Origin: Octopus sinensis | Lineage: Eukaryota | Direction: 5' to 3' | Length of the DNA stretch: 64,000 bases | NCBI RefSeq assembly: GCF_006345805.1 | Contig: NC_043010.1 | Span: forward strand, 63,178,001 to 63,242,000 | Part shown: positions 1 to 11,747 of the stretch, one piece after another | Numbering within the stretch: the stretch's first letter is position 1 | Layout: each line of letters starts with the position of its first letter | The notes under the pieces: model-generated | Told to the model about the DNA's origin: nothing | What the model saw: only the letters and a program-made list of their open reading frames with translations | Database searches by the model: none | Made by a program: the position numbers and the translations under genes

Positions 1-46
1 CACTGGCATCGGCCACATTCAGATGGTGCTTTTTATGTGCCACCAT

Positions 47-150
47 ATATCATCATCATCGTTTAATGTCTGCTTTCCATGCTAGCATGGGTTGGACGAT
101 TTGACTGAGGACTAGCGAACCAGATGGCTGCGCCAGGCTCCAATCCCAAT
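47..150 (-). mobile_element. SINE/retroposon family D 3' fragment with (GAT)n tail
   Basis: catcatcatcgtttaatgtctgctttccatgctagcatgggttggacg is the reverse complement of a 3' tail recurring many times in the window (e.g. 19249, 30247, 30470, 46282, 55343). Confidence 0.8.
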
Positions 151-599
151 CTTGCACCTAGTGCAGCCATCTGGTTCGCCAGTCCTCAGTCAAATCGTCA
201 TATATGTATATATATGTTATTGCTTTCAGACCGTTTTTCGAAATCAGTGACAGTGGTTACTGGGAAAAACATTAAATAAGTATTCGCAAACAGGTCTCTC
301 CTCATCGAAAACCGGTGATTACTGTGCGTTGACAAGAGACAATAATCTCAAAACTGCAGTCCGTGCGTATCACTTAGGTTTACGAGAGGGGATGACTTCC
401 CTTTGCAAATATCATAAGGGCACAGAAAGTGTGCCTAAAGCCAGCTGGAGACAATGATCTCCTGGCACTAAAAAGCTACAGTAACACCCACCCCTAGTGG
501 TTAGCCATATTGAGATGGCTAGTATACTTTACGTTATATATATATTCATATACAGGAAGAGAGAGAGAGTGCATATGTGTTGAGAGAAAATCTGGGTAC

Positions 600-870
600 A
601 AGACGACTATATATGGTAAATCTTGAGCATTACATCTGCTTCGTCTTAGAATGCCCAAGAGAGAATACTGTGCAGGTACCATCATGTCATGTAGATGGAT
701 GAGGAGAGCTGTACAAACACATGCTGATCCCTAGAGTAGATAGAACTCGTAGAAAAGGAAGACCCAGGAATTCATGGGACAAAGTAGTAAAAGCTGATCT
801 CAAGATGTTGAGCCCCATGGGGGCGGGGACGGCAAAGGCTGAAATGATTCACAATTCTCTGTGCTCAAGA
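600..870 (+). mobile_element. Decayed RTE-clade LINE 3' remnant
   Basis: Translates to RRKGRPRNSWDKVVKADLK, matching the GRPRxxW...V..DL motif at the C-terminus of RTE ORFs. Similar remnants occur at about 43040-43200 and 62400-62620. Confidence 0.7.
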
Positions 871-1297
871 AGACCAATCCATCACCGTGAAATTCAGGTC
901 CTAAAAGTATTTATGTTGACGACTATATACTCGCAAAGCCTTAGCCCTGCTTCCAAACCATACCAAAGATGCCAAGGTCGACTGTCTCCTTTGACATGAG
1001 TTCTACAGCTGGATGCTCTTCCTGATGCCAACCACTTTACAAAGTGTACTGCATGCTTTTTATGTGGCATCAGCAGCAGTGAGGTCACCAGGGACTGTGC
1101 CAGACGAGACCCTTTCCTCAACTGAATAGTACTGAGGCAGATGGCTTTGTGCCAGGTGATGAAAGAAGTTATGGTATGAGAGGGGGAAGGAAATATATAT
1201 ATACATATACATACACACATATATATATATATAAATATACATAGACACACATATATATATATACATACATACACACACATATATATATATATATATA

Positions 1298-1427
1298 TCT
1301 TTCTGTCGAAGAGCGTAGGGTCGAAATGTAAAAGACTTTTTCTATTCCTGAGCGCTATACTAATACATTTGTTTGTTTGTACTCCACCTGCCTTTGTCTT
1401 TTGTTTATTTTCATAAACTTTCCCTTT
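1298..1427 (+). mobile_element. Short (TA)n-embedded repeat with hammerhead-like motif, copy 1
   Basis: About 130 bp homologous to 14746-14877 and flanked by (TA)n. Starts tcttt-CTGTCGA-a-gagc-gtag-ggtc-GAAA-tg-TA-aaaga. Confidence 0.65.
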
Positions 1428-1512
1428 ATATATACATATATTTCTAAGTTATTCTAAGTTATATAAATATACATATATATACATATATACACATATTTAT
1501 ATATACATATAT

Positions 1513-1897
1513 GTGGAGGCGCAATGGCCCAGTGGTTAGGGCAGCGGACTCGCGGTCATAGGATCGTGGTTTCGATTCCCAGACCGGGCATTGTGAGTGT
1601 TTATTGAGCGAAAACACCTAAAGCTCCACGAGGCTCCGGCAGGGGATGGTGGTGATCCCTGTTGTACTCTTTCACCACAACTTTCTCTCACTCTTACTTC
1701 CTGTTTCTGTTGTACCTGTATTTCAAAGGGCCGGCCTTGTCACTCTCTGTGTCATGCTGAATATCCCCGAGAACTACGTTAAGGGTACACGTGTCTGTGG
1801 AGTGCTCAGCCACTTACACGTTAATTTCACGAGCAGGCTGTTCCGTTGATTCGGATCAACCGGAATTCTCGTTGTCGTAACTGACGGAGTGCTTCCA
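1513..1897 (+). mobile_element. tRNA-derived SINE family C, tail variant 1 (resembles octopus OR-type SINEs)
   Basis: A-box TGGCCCAGTGG and B-box-like GTTTCGATTCC in the head. The same head occurs at 7533 (+) and about 2605-2766 (-). Flanked by microsatellites. Confidence 0.85.
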
Positions 1898-2461
1898 TCC
1901 ATACATATATACACATATATATATATATATATATACATTATATACATATATATATATATATACATTATATACATATATATATACATATATATATACTTAT
2001 ATATATATACACATATATATATATATACACATATATATATATATACTTATATATATATATGTCACTACACTGCAGCCATGCTGGGGCACTGCCTTAAAGA
2101 ACTTTTAGCTGTATGGGCTGTTGAGTCATCGATTCATACAACTCAAAGTTCCACCACCCCACTGTACCTACTCCATCAGGGCCTCTTGCTGAATCGTTCG
2201 TTTACAGGAACATCCAATGGGGGGGGGGGCACAAAACCAGACACAAAAACTTAAACACACAGACACACACACACATAAATAGAAAATGAGCCTCTTTCAG
2301 TTTCTATCTACCAAATCCACTCACAAAACTTCTGTCGACTCAGGGGTATGGGACAAGACACTCACTTGCCCAAGGTGCCATGCAGCGGGTCTGAACCCGG
2401 AACCATATAGCTGGGAATCAAGCATCTTACCACACAACCATGCCTGTACCTATATATATAA

Positions 2462-2493
<32 letters not shown>

Positions 2494-2516
2494 CAACACA
2501 CATGAACATATATATG

Positions 2517-2547
<31 letters not shown>

Positions 2548-2786
2548 GTACTTGTTTCAGTCATTTGACTGCGGCCATGCTGGAGCACCGCCTTTTAGAG
2601 TGGTGAAAGAGTACAGCAGGGATCACCACCATCCCTGCCGGAGCCTCGTGGAGCTTTTTAGGTGTTTTCGCTCAATAAACACACACAACACCCGGTCTGG
2701 GAATCGAAACCGCGATCCTACGACCGCAAGTCCGCTGCCCTAACCACTGGGCCATTGCGCCTCCACATATATATAAACACATATAG

Positions 2787-3110
2787 TCATACATATGTAT
2801 TTTTTTTTTTACTTGTTTCATTCATTAGACTGTGGCCATGCTGGGGCACCACCTTGAGAAATTTTTCATTGAACGAGTCAATCCCAGTACTATTTATTTT
2901 AAGCCTAGTTCTTATTCTATCAATCTCTTTTGCTGAACTGCTAGGGTTACGGGGATATAAACACACCAACATCAGTCATCAAAAAGTGGTGGGGGACAAA
3001 CACACACACACACATATGAGAGGCTTCTTTCAGTTTCCGTCTACCAAATCCACTCACAAGGCATTGGTCGGCCCAAGGCTATAGTAGAAGACACTTGCCC
3101 AAGGTGCCAC
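2787..3110 (-). mobile_element. SINE family B fragment
   Basis: Homologous to the full-length copy at 13842-14237 (ttcagtttccgtctaccaaatccactcacaagg...). Confidence 0.8.
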
Positions 3111-3112
3111 AT

Positions 3113-3490
3113 TGTGAGTATATAAGTATATATCTATATATACATACACACACACATATATATATACATATATACACATATATATACACACACAGACACA
3201 TATATATATATACATATATACACATATATACACACACACATATATATATACATATATACACACACACATATATATATATACATATATACACACACACACA
3301 TATATATATATACACATATATCTACACACACACATATATACACATATATATACACACACACACATATATATATACATATATGCACATATATACACGCACA
3401 CACACACACATATATATACATATATACACTCACACACGCACATATATATACACATATACATATACACACACACACATATATATACACACA
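3113..3490. repeat. (TA)n/(CA)n compound microsatellite
   Basis: Directly visible; it generates the spurious Y/I/H/T and C/V/Y ORFs in the track. Confidence 0.95.
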
Positions 3491-3985
3491 TCATTATCAT
3501 CTTCATATATGCATTCATAAATAGATGTACATTTAACATCAACATCATTTTAACGTCCACTCTTGCCAGCTTGCATGGGTCAGGGGGAATTTGTCCAAGT
3601 GGATTTTCTGCAGCCAGATGCGTTTCCTGTCACCAACGCTCGCCTCCTTCCAACAAAGGTAATAATTCTTCTCGGTCAAAAACTGTTCCATGGAAGAATG
3701 GAAACAAAACAACCCCACAGATATAACAATGATGCTCACCAGATCATGTCTCGACAAAGGTGCACGCAAACATACATATATATCCACACACACACATACA
3801 TATATATCGTATGTATGCATACATACAAGCTCCTTTCAGTTTCATCTACCAAATTTACTCACAAGACTTCCGCTAGATCAGGGTTACAGTAGGAGCCTTT
3901 TGCCCAAAGTGCCATGCACTGGGACCGATCCTAAGTCCACACAGTTGGGAAGCAAGCTTCTTAACCACAGAGCCATGCCTGCACC

Positions 3986-4018
<33 letters not shown>

Positions 4019-4428
4019 AAGTATATACATACATATATATATCTAAATATACTCATAGATATACATATATAGACATTCACATATATATATATATATATAT
4101 ACATACGCATTCATACTATATATAAATATATATAATATATACATATATACACATTCATACTATATATATACCATAAATACACACATATATACACATACAC
4201 ATTCATACTATTATATATACCTATAAATACACACATATATACACATGCATACATACATATATATATATATATAATATATATATATATATATAATATATAT
4301 ACACACACACACACATATTCATGCATATATCTCTATATATAATATGATATATATTTAGACATATATATGTCCATTTTTATCCACAAACACACACATATAT
4401 ATATACACACACACAATAATTTATCAAA

Positions 4429-4705
4429 TGATGTTTGCAAATAACAAAGAAAGAAATGGAATAAACAGAGGGATTACGAGACAATACATACCTGCTGTCA
4501 TATGTAGTGTCCTGTCCTAGAGAAAAGACCCTGAAACTGGTCTCAAGTCGAAGGGCCAAAGTGTCCTGTCCAGATGACCTGGTCTAATTTTGTCCGGACT
4601 GGTTGGAGGTGAGAGACTTCAATCGTAAGCAGAACCGTACCACGTTCAATTCCAGTCAGTCAATAAAGAATCCTTTAGTTTTGAAATCGCACTCTTCCTA
4701 CATCA
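4429..4705 (+). mobile_element. Possible solo LTR
   Basis: Begins TGATGT and ends ACATCA (6-bp terminal inverted repeat, TG...CA), with AATAAA about 40 nt before the end. No target-site duplication (TSD) found. Confidence 0.3.
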
Positions 4706-4849
4706 TATATACATATACATATATCTAAATATATATAGATATATGTAGTACAGTAGCTTTATTTGAAAAATTTAATCAATTCATTAAATTTTAATTAAAT
4801 CTGATCACATGAAAACGGTTATTATTTCATAGCAATTAGCTTTTTTCTT

Positions 4850-5560
4850 TGCCGGGGTCTGTTCCGTTGTAGCTGAACACGAAAAGGTTAAGGCGGACAT
4901 TGAGAAAAATAATTAAAAATTTAAATCGCCTGAACCAGCAAAGCCCCTTTAATGAATGGGAAATCTGGAGCGAAGAACCAACAGCTTCGAACGGGCGATT
5001 TAAAGAAGTTAGTTACATTTTTATATTTGTGTATTTCTACGATTATTATATCTGTCATGTGTTGTCCGTGTGTCTGCCTGGTGCCACAGTGTTTATATAC
5101 ACACATACATACATATATATATATGTATGTATATGTATGTATATAATCACGCACACACAATTTAAATGAAGCACTTGCTGTTAGTTGGTTCGTCGTCGGT
5201 GGCGGATCGGGGGGGTCTGGAGGTAGTTTTTAGTTCCTCTTTTTTGAGACAAGTTGGAAGCAGATATTGCGTATCCCTTTTTTTTTTTTTAGCAGACAAG
5301 GCTGTGGATACAAAAGGGGGGGGGTCGTTGGCAAAGTGTGTTTAGAAAAAAAAGTTTTAGAGGACAGTGTTGTGGGGGAAAAAAGAGCCTTTTTTCCTTA
5401 ATGCGATCTCATGCTTACTGCTATAGAGTGGCTCACTGCCACCCCCACTTCCCCGCCCCCCACCGCCGCCGCCTTCGCCTCCACCGCCGCCGTCGCCCCC
5501 CTCTCCCCAATGTAAACATAAGGGAGGTAATCCACTCGGCTTGCCCTCTCTACAGCTTGG
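4850..5560 (+). promoter_or_regulatory. CpG-rich candidate promoter / first exon of an unidentified plus-strand transcript
   Basis: Unique CpG-retaining sequence with a (CCG)n tract at about 5460-5495, ATG at 4952 (MNGKSGAKNQQLRTGDLK) and a possible donor AA|GTTAGT at 5008. Confidence 0.3.
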
Positions 5561-6864
5561 AAGCCAGGACTTTTAAATCACACACACATATATATATGTA
5601 CATAAATATATATATATACAAATATATATATATATATATATATATTATTTATGTGCGTGTATGTAATTGTATATATGTATATGTATTGTCTAAATGTCTA
5701 TATTGTATATTTAGTTAAGATCATACGTTGTTATAATTAATATTATTAAATAAAAAAATATTATTATTTTAGTATTATTATTGTGGTGGTTGTTGTTGTT
5801 GTTATGCACACAATATATTGGGCGCAAAAGTGTTAGTGTCTTTGTGTATGTCTATACATGCATATATATATATATATAAATATATGATTGTGTGTGTATA
5901 TGTATATATGTGTGTGTGTGTTTGTATCTATGTATGTATACGCGTGTTTATGTCTGTATGTGTGTGTGTATGTGCATAATGTGTGTTATCCCAGACTAAA
6001 AACGGAAATTATTTTATTTCTGGATTCGTAAAAAGTTGATGTATATAAACTATCGACTGAAATATGATTCAATTGAAAACAGGAAAACAGGACAGAGAAA
6101 AAAATACATTGAAACTAAGAGAATAAAGAAGGATACATTTTGTTCTGATGTGGAAGAAATTACGATCATCGACGTTTTTTCGCTTGTCACCGGTCTCTTT
6201 GTTGTTAAGGCTTTGATCTTTCCTGTAAAATTCTCTGTTTACATTTGCTTGATTCGTTCTCAGTTCCACGCCTTGGCACGCTTTGGATTATATCAACTGA
6301 TTCTGTTCTTCGTTTGGCGAGATACAATAGTGGTGGATTACACACACATACATAGTATATGTGTGTGTGTGTGTCATTTTATATAAATATACATAGTTGT
6401 GTGGTTAAGGGGTGGGATTCGTAACCACGTGCTTCCGAGTTCGATTCCATTGCGTAGCAAGTGTCTTCTCCCGTGGCCCCTAGTCGACACGTATCTTATG
6501 TTTACTGTTTAGTTGACGGAAACTGTGCGGAATATCGTGTGTGACGGTGACTGTTGATTTGCTTTCCCTGATGTTAGATTGTAACCTAGCCATTCGGTGG
6601 ACAGAAATCGATAAAATAAGTCCTACTCAAAATGAAGATTAAATTCAATATGACAAATTTAAACTGTTTTAAAGTAGCCCCACAGCATGAATGCAGTCTC
6701 ATAACTAAAATTAGTAGAAGTTATACATACATACATACATAGACAAAGCCTGCTTTGGATTGTGAAGAAGTTCTCTAGAGGATGGCATGGCTGGATGGGT
6801 AAGAAGCTCACCAAGGCTTGGTTCTCAGCTCCCTCTTGTTTATCACAGTAACCCCAGGCCCTAA

Positions 6865-7327
6865 CAGAGGAATTCAAAACCGGCTGTGTGTGAGTGTATG
6901 TATAACGCAAGTAAAACTCAAAAGAGATGTAAGGAAGAATGTAACGATCAAGAAGGTGAATGACAATGACCTCTCTGTGTGCGCAGTCTGTGACAGACCA
7001 TGCCTGTCTTTTGCTGACCTCAAATCTTATCTGCGAACGCATGGAAAACGAACCTCCACCAACTATTCTGCCTATATGTCTGTGCACACCTTTGAATGCA
7101 ATGTATGCCAGAAGGTTTGCAAATCTAACAGAGGCCTCAAAAGACATCTCAAGATCCACAAAGAGCAGAACTTATCAGCAGCTCCTGGTGGTCCAAATCG
7201 GATATGCAATCTATGTGGGTGTCTTTTCAGAACATTGGTTTAAAAAGCCACATCAGATGCCATTGATGGTGTTAAGGTGTAGGTACTGGAGGTGGTCAGA
7301 CTCTGCATAAGGAGTAGACAACCACCA
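6865..7327 (+). mobile_element. 5'-truncated RTE-type LINE 3' end encoding three C2H2 zinc fingers (pseudogenised)
   Basis: RGIQN...KLKRDVRK (RTE C-terminal motif), then CAVCDRPC..SYLRTH, CNVCQKVC..RHLKIH and CNLCGCLF..(frameshift)GLKSHIRCH* (stop 7264-7266). A short 3' UTR runs into (TA)n. Confidence 0.7.
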
Positions 7328-7496
7328 TATATATATATGTGTGTGTGTGCGTGTGTATCATCATCATTGTTTAACATCTGCCTGCTAGCATGGGTGAGAC
7401 AGTTTCACAAGAGCTGGCCAGGCTGAAGCCTGACCCAGACTTCTGTGACTGATTTTTACAGCTTGATGCCCTTCCTAGCACCAACCACTCAGCAGA

Positions 7497-7532
<36 letters not shown>

Positions 7533-7535
<3 letters not shown>

Positions 7536-7820
7536 GAGGCGCAATGGTCCAGTGGTTAGGGCAGCGGACTCGCGGTTTCGATTCCCAGACCGGGTGTTGT
7601 GAGTGTTTATTGAGCGAAAAAAACACCTAAAGCTCCACGAGGCTCCGGCAGGGGGGGGGGCGATCCCTGCTGTACTCTTTCGCCACAACTCTCTCTCACC
7701 CTTTCTTCTGTTGGCCTGCTCGCTTAGCCAGCGGGGTGGCGTCATTTGAAGGCTAAAACACTGTGAAGCGCATTGTGACCAGCGATGTGTAGCAACATCT
7801 GATAGTCTGGTCACGGTGAT
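7533..7820 (+). mobile_element. tRNA-derived SINE family C, tail variant 2
   Basis: Same head and body as 1513-1690 but a different 3' part (ggcgtcatttgaaggc...tgtgaccagcgatgtgtagcaacatctg). That tail also occurs on the minus strand at about 32758-32870. Confidence 0.85.
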
Positions 7821-10800
7821 ATATATATGTATGTATGTATATATCAATGGGTTGCTATATACTGAAATTGTATAGTGGTGGTCATCTTATCAGAATTTCC
7901 ATCTAATTCAATATGAGATGAAGTGCACTGCAAAGCATTGATTAACAGGTTTTATTGATCTTCTTACGTATCTTCTACTTAGCGTTATCTATACAAGCTT
8001 TGTCCATGCTTGAGGTTAACCAACTGTCTGTACCATGATCATTTTGGATCCCACAACTTTAGTCCACTCTGTGGGGTGGTTGTTGATAGGAAGGGCATCC
8101 AACTGTACAAATCATGCCAAAATAAACACTGAAGCTTGGTGCAGTCTTCTGTCTAGCCAGCCCCTGCCAAACCATCCAACTCATGCCAGCATGGAAGGCA
8201 TCCATTGACTGATGATGATGATGATACATGTCGAAAAAAAAAAGGAGGCATAGTAAAGTAACACATGACCAAACTCAAGCTCAGTAATGGGCTCCACAAT
8301 CTACTCCACACTGGACACCAAACTTGGGACAGGCTAGAGTACAGAGTACAAGCCAAATAATAGAAAAAATAATAGGCAGAAAACAGGTGTGGTATTCAAA
8401 GATTTTTCGAACATGCTGAAATAATAGCATGAGTAGAAACATTATGCAGTCATGAATAACACTTCATCAGTGTCCTGCCATAAATACAAAAATCTATTTT
8501 GAAACTCCAGATATATACACATTTCCCTATTAAGCAAGACTAGCAAGTCACAAAAATAGCAAATATCAAGCAAGTCTGAAGAGTGCTATGTCCCTTTCGA
8601 AACCAAAATATGAGAGAGGCTTGGCATGGTTTAGACATGCATGATGTGGTGCTTTATCAGTTATTTATCTGACCTGCGACGTTTACATCATTTGCATAGC
8701 AGGGAAAAGATTATATATTTGGAGTTTCAACATAGATTGCTGCATTTATGGCAAGATACTGATGAGGTGAGGTGCATGACTGAATAATGTTTCTACATGT
8801 TCTATAATTATTTCAGAATGTTGGTGAAATATGTGTATGTCCTGTAAAGCTTTGAATACCATACCTGTTTTCTACTTACTATATACATATATGACAAATA
8901 ATTTTTTTTGTTATAAGTAACAAAAATACAACTAGTATTCCAGCAAGTGTTTGACCCAAAAAATAATGAGGAATGAATATAAGTAGTGCTTTTGGATTCT
9001 TAATAAAATGCAAAAAACGTGTGTATACACCTGTGTGTGTGTGTGTGTGTTTGTGTGTTTGCATTCTGTCTGAATTCAAAAGCAGGAAAAATAGGGTAAA
9101 ATTTCTCATTTATAAGTAATAAAAAGACAACATGAGCAATAGTTTTATTGAAGTGAAAAAGGAAGTGGTTTCTATAGAATTTTATTATCTATGGCTGCTT
9201 TATTGACTGACCTTTCACCAAACACAGTATCTTATACCTTAAACAGATACAACCAGTCTGTGTCAGGTTGGCTATGAAAGTATGTCCCAAAAACAGAAAG
9301 AAAAGGCATCCAGTGCTTTGTGTAAGGTGGTTGATATAAGGGAGGGACATCACACCATAGAAAGTCAATTTGAAAATTGAGACAACATGATATGGTTCTC
9401 CAACCCATGCCAGCATGGAAAGCAGACATAAATATGATGAGATGGTGGAGGGTGTTGGTGTAAGTGGGAAGATTGTGATGATGGGTACAGGGAGGTTGTG
9501 ACAGTGGCTGGGGGGGGGGATAATGCTATTGTTGTTGTTGGTGGTGCTGATGCTTTAGCAAGTAAACTGAAGTCTGTAACTTCACTGAGAAAATCTGATC
9601 CCACATAAGTTTGTTCAGAGTTGTTTTGCATGTACACATGCACACACACACACTCACCAATTTGGTTAAAGCAGCATCAGTCATTGAATTTAGACATTTG
9701 ATCCACACTTCAGTAAATACATTAGCACTAACATAGCTACTACTTTAAAGTTTTCAACGGGATCTCAGATAAAGTAAGTTATCATTGTTCAGAATTTATT
9801 CTAGGAATCAATTTATCCTTTAAATATAATATTTATATATTGATATTTGTTTAAACTTTATTTATTATCTTTTGACTGAGTTTAGAAAGCAGTACTCCAG
9901 CATAGCCTTAGCCATGATGGCTAAAACAATCTAAACAACTTCTTTTACTTGTTTCAGTCATTTGACTGTGGTCATGCTGGAGCACTGTCTTTTGTCAAGC
10001 AAATTGACCCCAAGACTTACCTACTCTATGCATCTCTTTTGTTGAACACCTAAGTTATGGGACATACTTTCTTAGCCAACCTGACATAGACTGGCTGTAT
10101 CTGTTTAAGGTATAAGATACTGTGTTTAGTGAACGGTCAGTCAATAAACACACCAACATCATTTTTCTCAATGATCATGATGAAGATGATGATCATGATG
10201 ATGATCATGATCACCATCATCATATATAAAGCAAAATTTGAATTTTGCGTCAGAAGCAGCTCAGTATCTCATACATTAAGTGTGTGACATCAATAATGTT
10301 TGAAACTTGCTTTCCAACCACAGGGTTTCAGGTTCGGTCCCACACTGTGGCACCTTGAGCAAGTGTCTTCTATTATAGCCTCAGGCTGACCAGACCCTTG
10401 TAAGTGGATGTGGTAGATGAAAAATGAAAGCAGCCCAGGATGTGTGTATGTGCTTGTGTGTGTTTTTGTGTCTGTGTTTGTCTCCCACCACCACTTAACA
10501 ATCAGTATTGGTGTGTTTATGTCTCCATAACTTAGCAGTTCAGCAAAAGAACAATAGAATGAGTATCAGACTTTAAAAAAAAGTACTGAAGCCAATTCAT
10601 TCAGCTAAAAACTTTTCAAGGCAGTGCTACAGCATGGCCACAGTTTAATGAATGAAACAAGCAGGGAGCTTATCTCCCTTGTCAGCTCATAAAGATAGTG
10701 CTTTTGTTGGTGTTGAACCATTTTGACTCTTATTTCTAGCATTACTGTCACTTTATATATTTCTGCCTTTAGGTTATAAAATTGCAAATTGGCCAACCAC

Positions 10801-10823
10801 ATTATCTATAATTTTCACTTTAT

Positions 10824-11052
10824 TTGAAGACTTCGAATGTCCCGTCCATGTTTTTTGTATCGTCTTCTAAATGTTTTACGTTCTTGTCCCAGTTTGTATT
10901 TTTCTACATATAATATATGTAGCGGCGCCCGTACCCTCTTTGGCCTTGTATGTAAGTACATATTCCTTTAAATTTGGTACGACTCTATAACACTGTCTCT
11001 CTCTCCTACATTTCTCTGCCTTTCACACTTTGCACTCTACTTTGATCTGTCA

Positions 11053-11090
<38 letters not shown>

Positions 11091-11747
11091 CTCCTCCTCC
11101 TTTTCTCTTTTCTTACCTCTGATTCTTTGGTCTCCTCTTCCCCCACTCTCTCACATTTCTCTGTCTTTCTCACTTTACACCTCACTGATTCAATCCTTGG
11201 CACGCTCTCTTTCATCTCCCCTCTTTAATTCCTTCTTTCTCTCTCTTCTCCCCCCTTTGGTGCCTTCGTCCCTCTTTTTCTCTCTCTCTTTGATTCCTTG
11301 CCCCCCCCTTTTTTTTTCTCTCTCTCTTCTCCTCTCACGTGACTGGTCAACCAGCCTTTCAGCTTCTAACCAGCGTCACATCTGCCAAAAAAGGCATTTT
11401 TTTCCAAATATGCCAGCTAAACTAAATTGTACTGTCTATAGTCATAAGACACCCACTGTTTTTGTCCTGTTTTTACCATTATTGTTTTTTGTATTTATAT
11501 TCGTGTGGCATCATCCGTTTTTCTGTCCCTGTTTCATATACATTCGATCCTTTTTCCAAGAAATCTAATGCTCGTAGCTTAGTTTTTCCTTGGGGCTGGC
11601 CGGATCGGAGCGATCTCAAGATTAATCAGCCGAAATTGTGAGGATGATCCGGTTCTTGACTGAAGATTGAAGGCTTTGAATGTCCCGTCTGTGCTTTTTG
11701 TATCGTCTTCTAAATGTTTGACGTTCTTGTCCCAGTTTGTTTTTTTA

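Noticed and set aside
230-275. Possible terminal coding exon (ttgctttcAG then PFFEISDSGYWEKH*)
   Set aside because: Too short to support, and the downstream sequence shares a motif with a repeat fragment at 40.1 kb, so a retroelement remnant is as likely.
1513-1590. tRNA gene (also the heads at 7533, 43586 and 56732)
   Set aside because: A/B boxes are present, but there is no complete cloverleaf and each continues into a multi-copy SINE body.
894-4326. Many ORFs rich in Y/I/C/V/H/T (also at 13.3, 16.6, 18.2 and 50.7 kb)
   Set aside because: Translations of (TA)n/(CA)n/(TG)n microsatellites.
4920-5004. Hammerhead ribozyme in the three-way junction
   Set aside because: The junctions lack the CUGANGA and GAAA core; kept only as a generic structure.
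6036-6386. 116-aa ORF in unique sequence
   Set aside because: TTG start in the track, no recognisable domain, runs into microsatellite.
6818-7243. Host C2H2 zinc-finger gene
   Set aside because: Non-ATG start, no TGEKP linkers, frameshift and His loss, and an upstream RTE-type motif; better explained as a LINE 3' end.
8576-8605. CTGAAGA...GAAAC hammerhead-like spacing
   Set aside because: No convincing stem I or stem II and no UH site.
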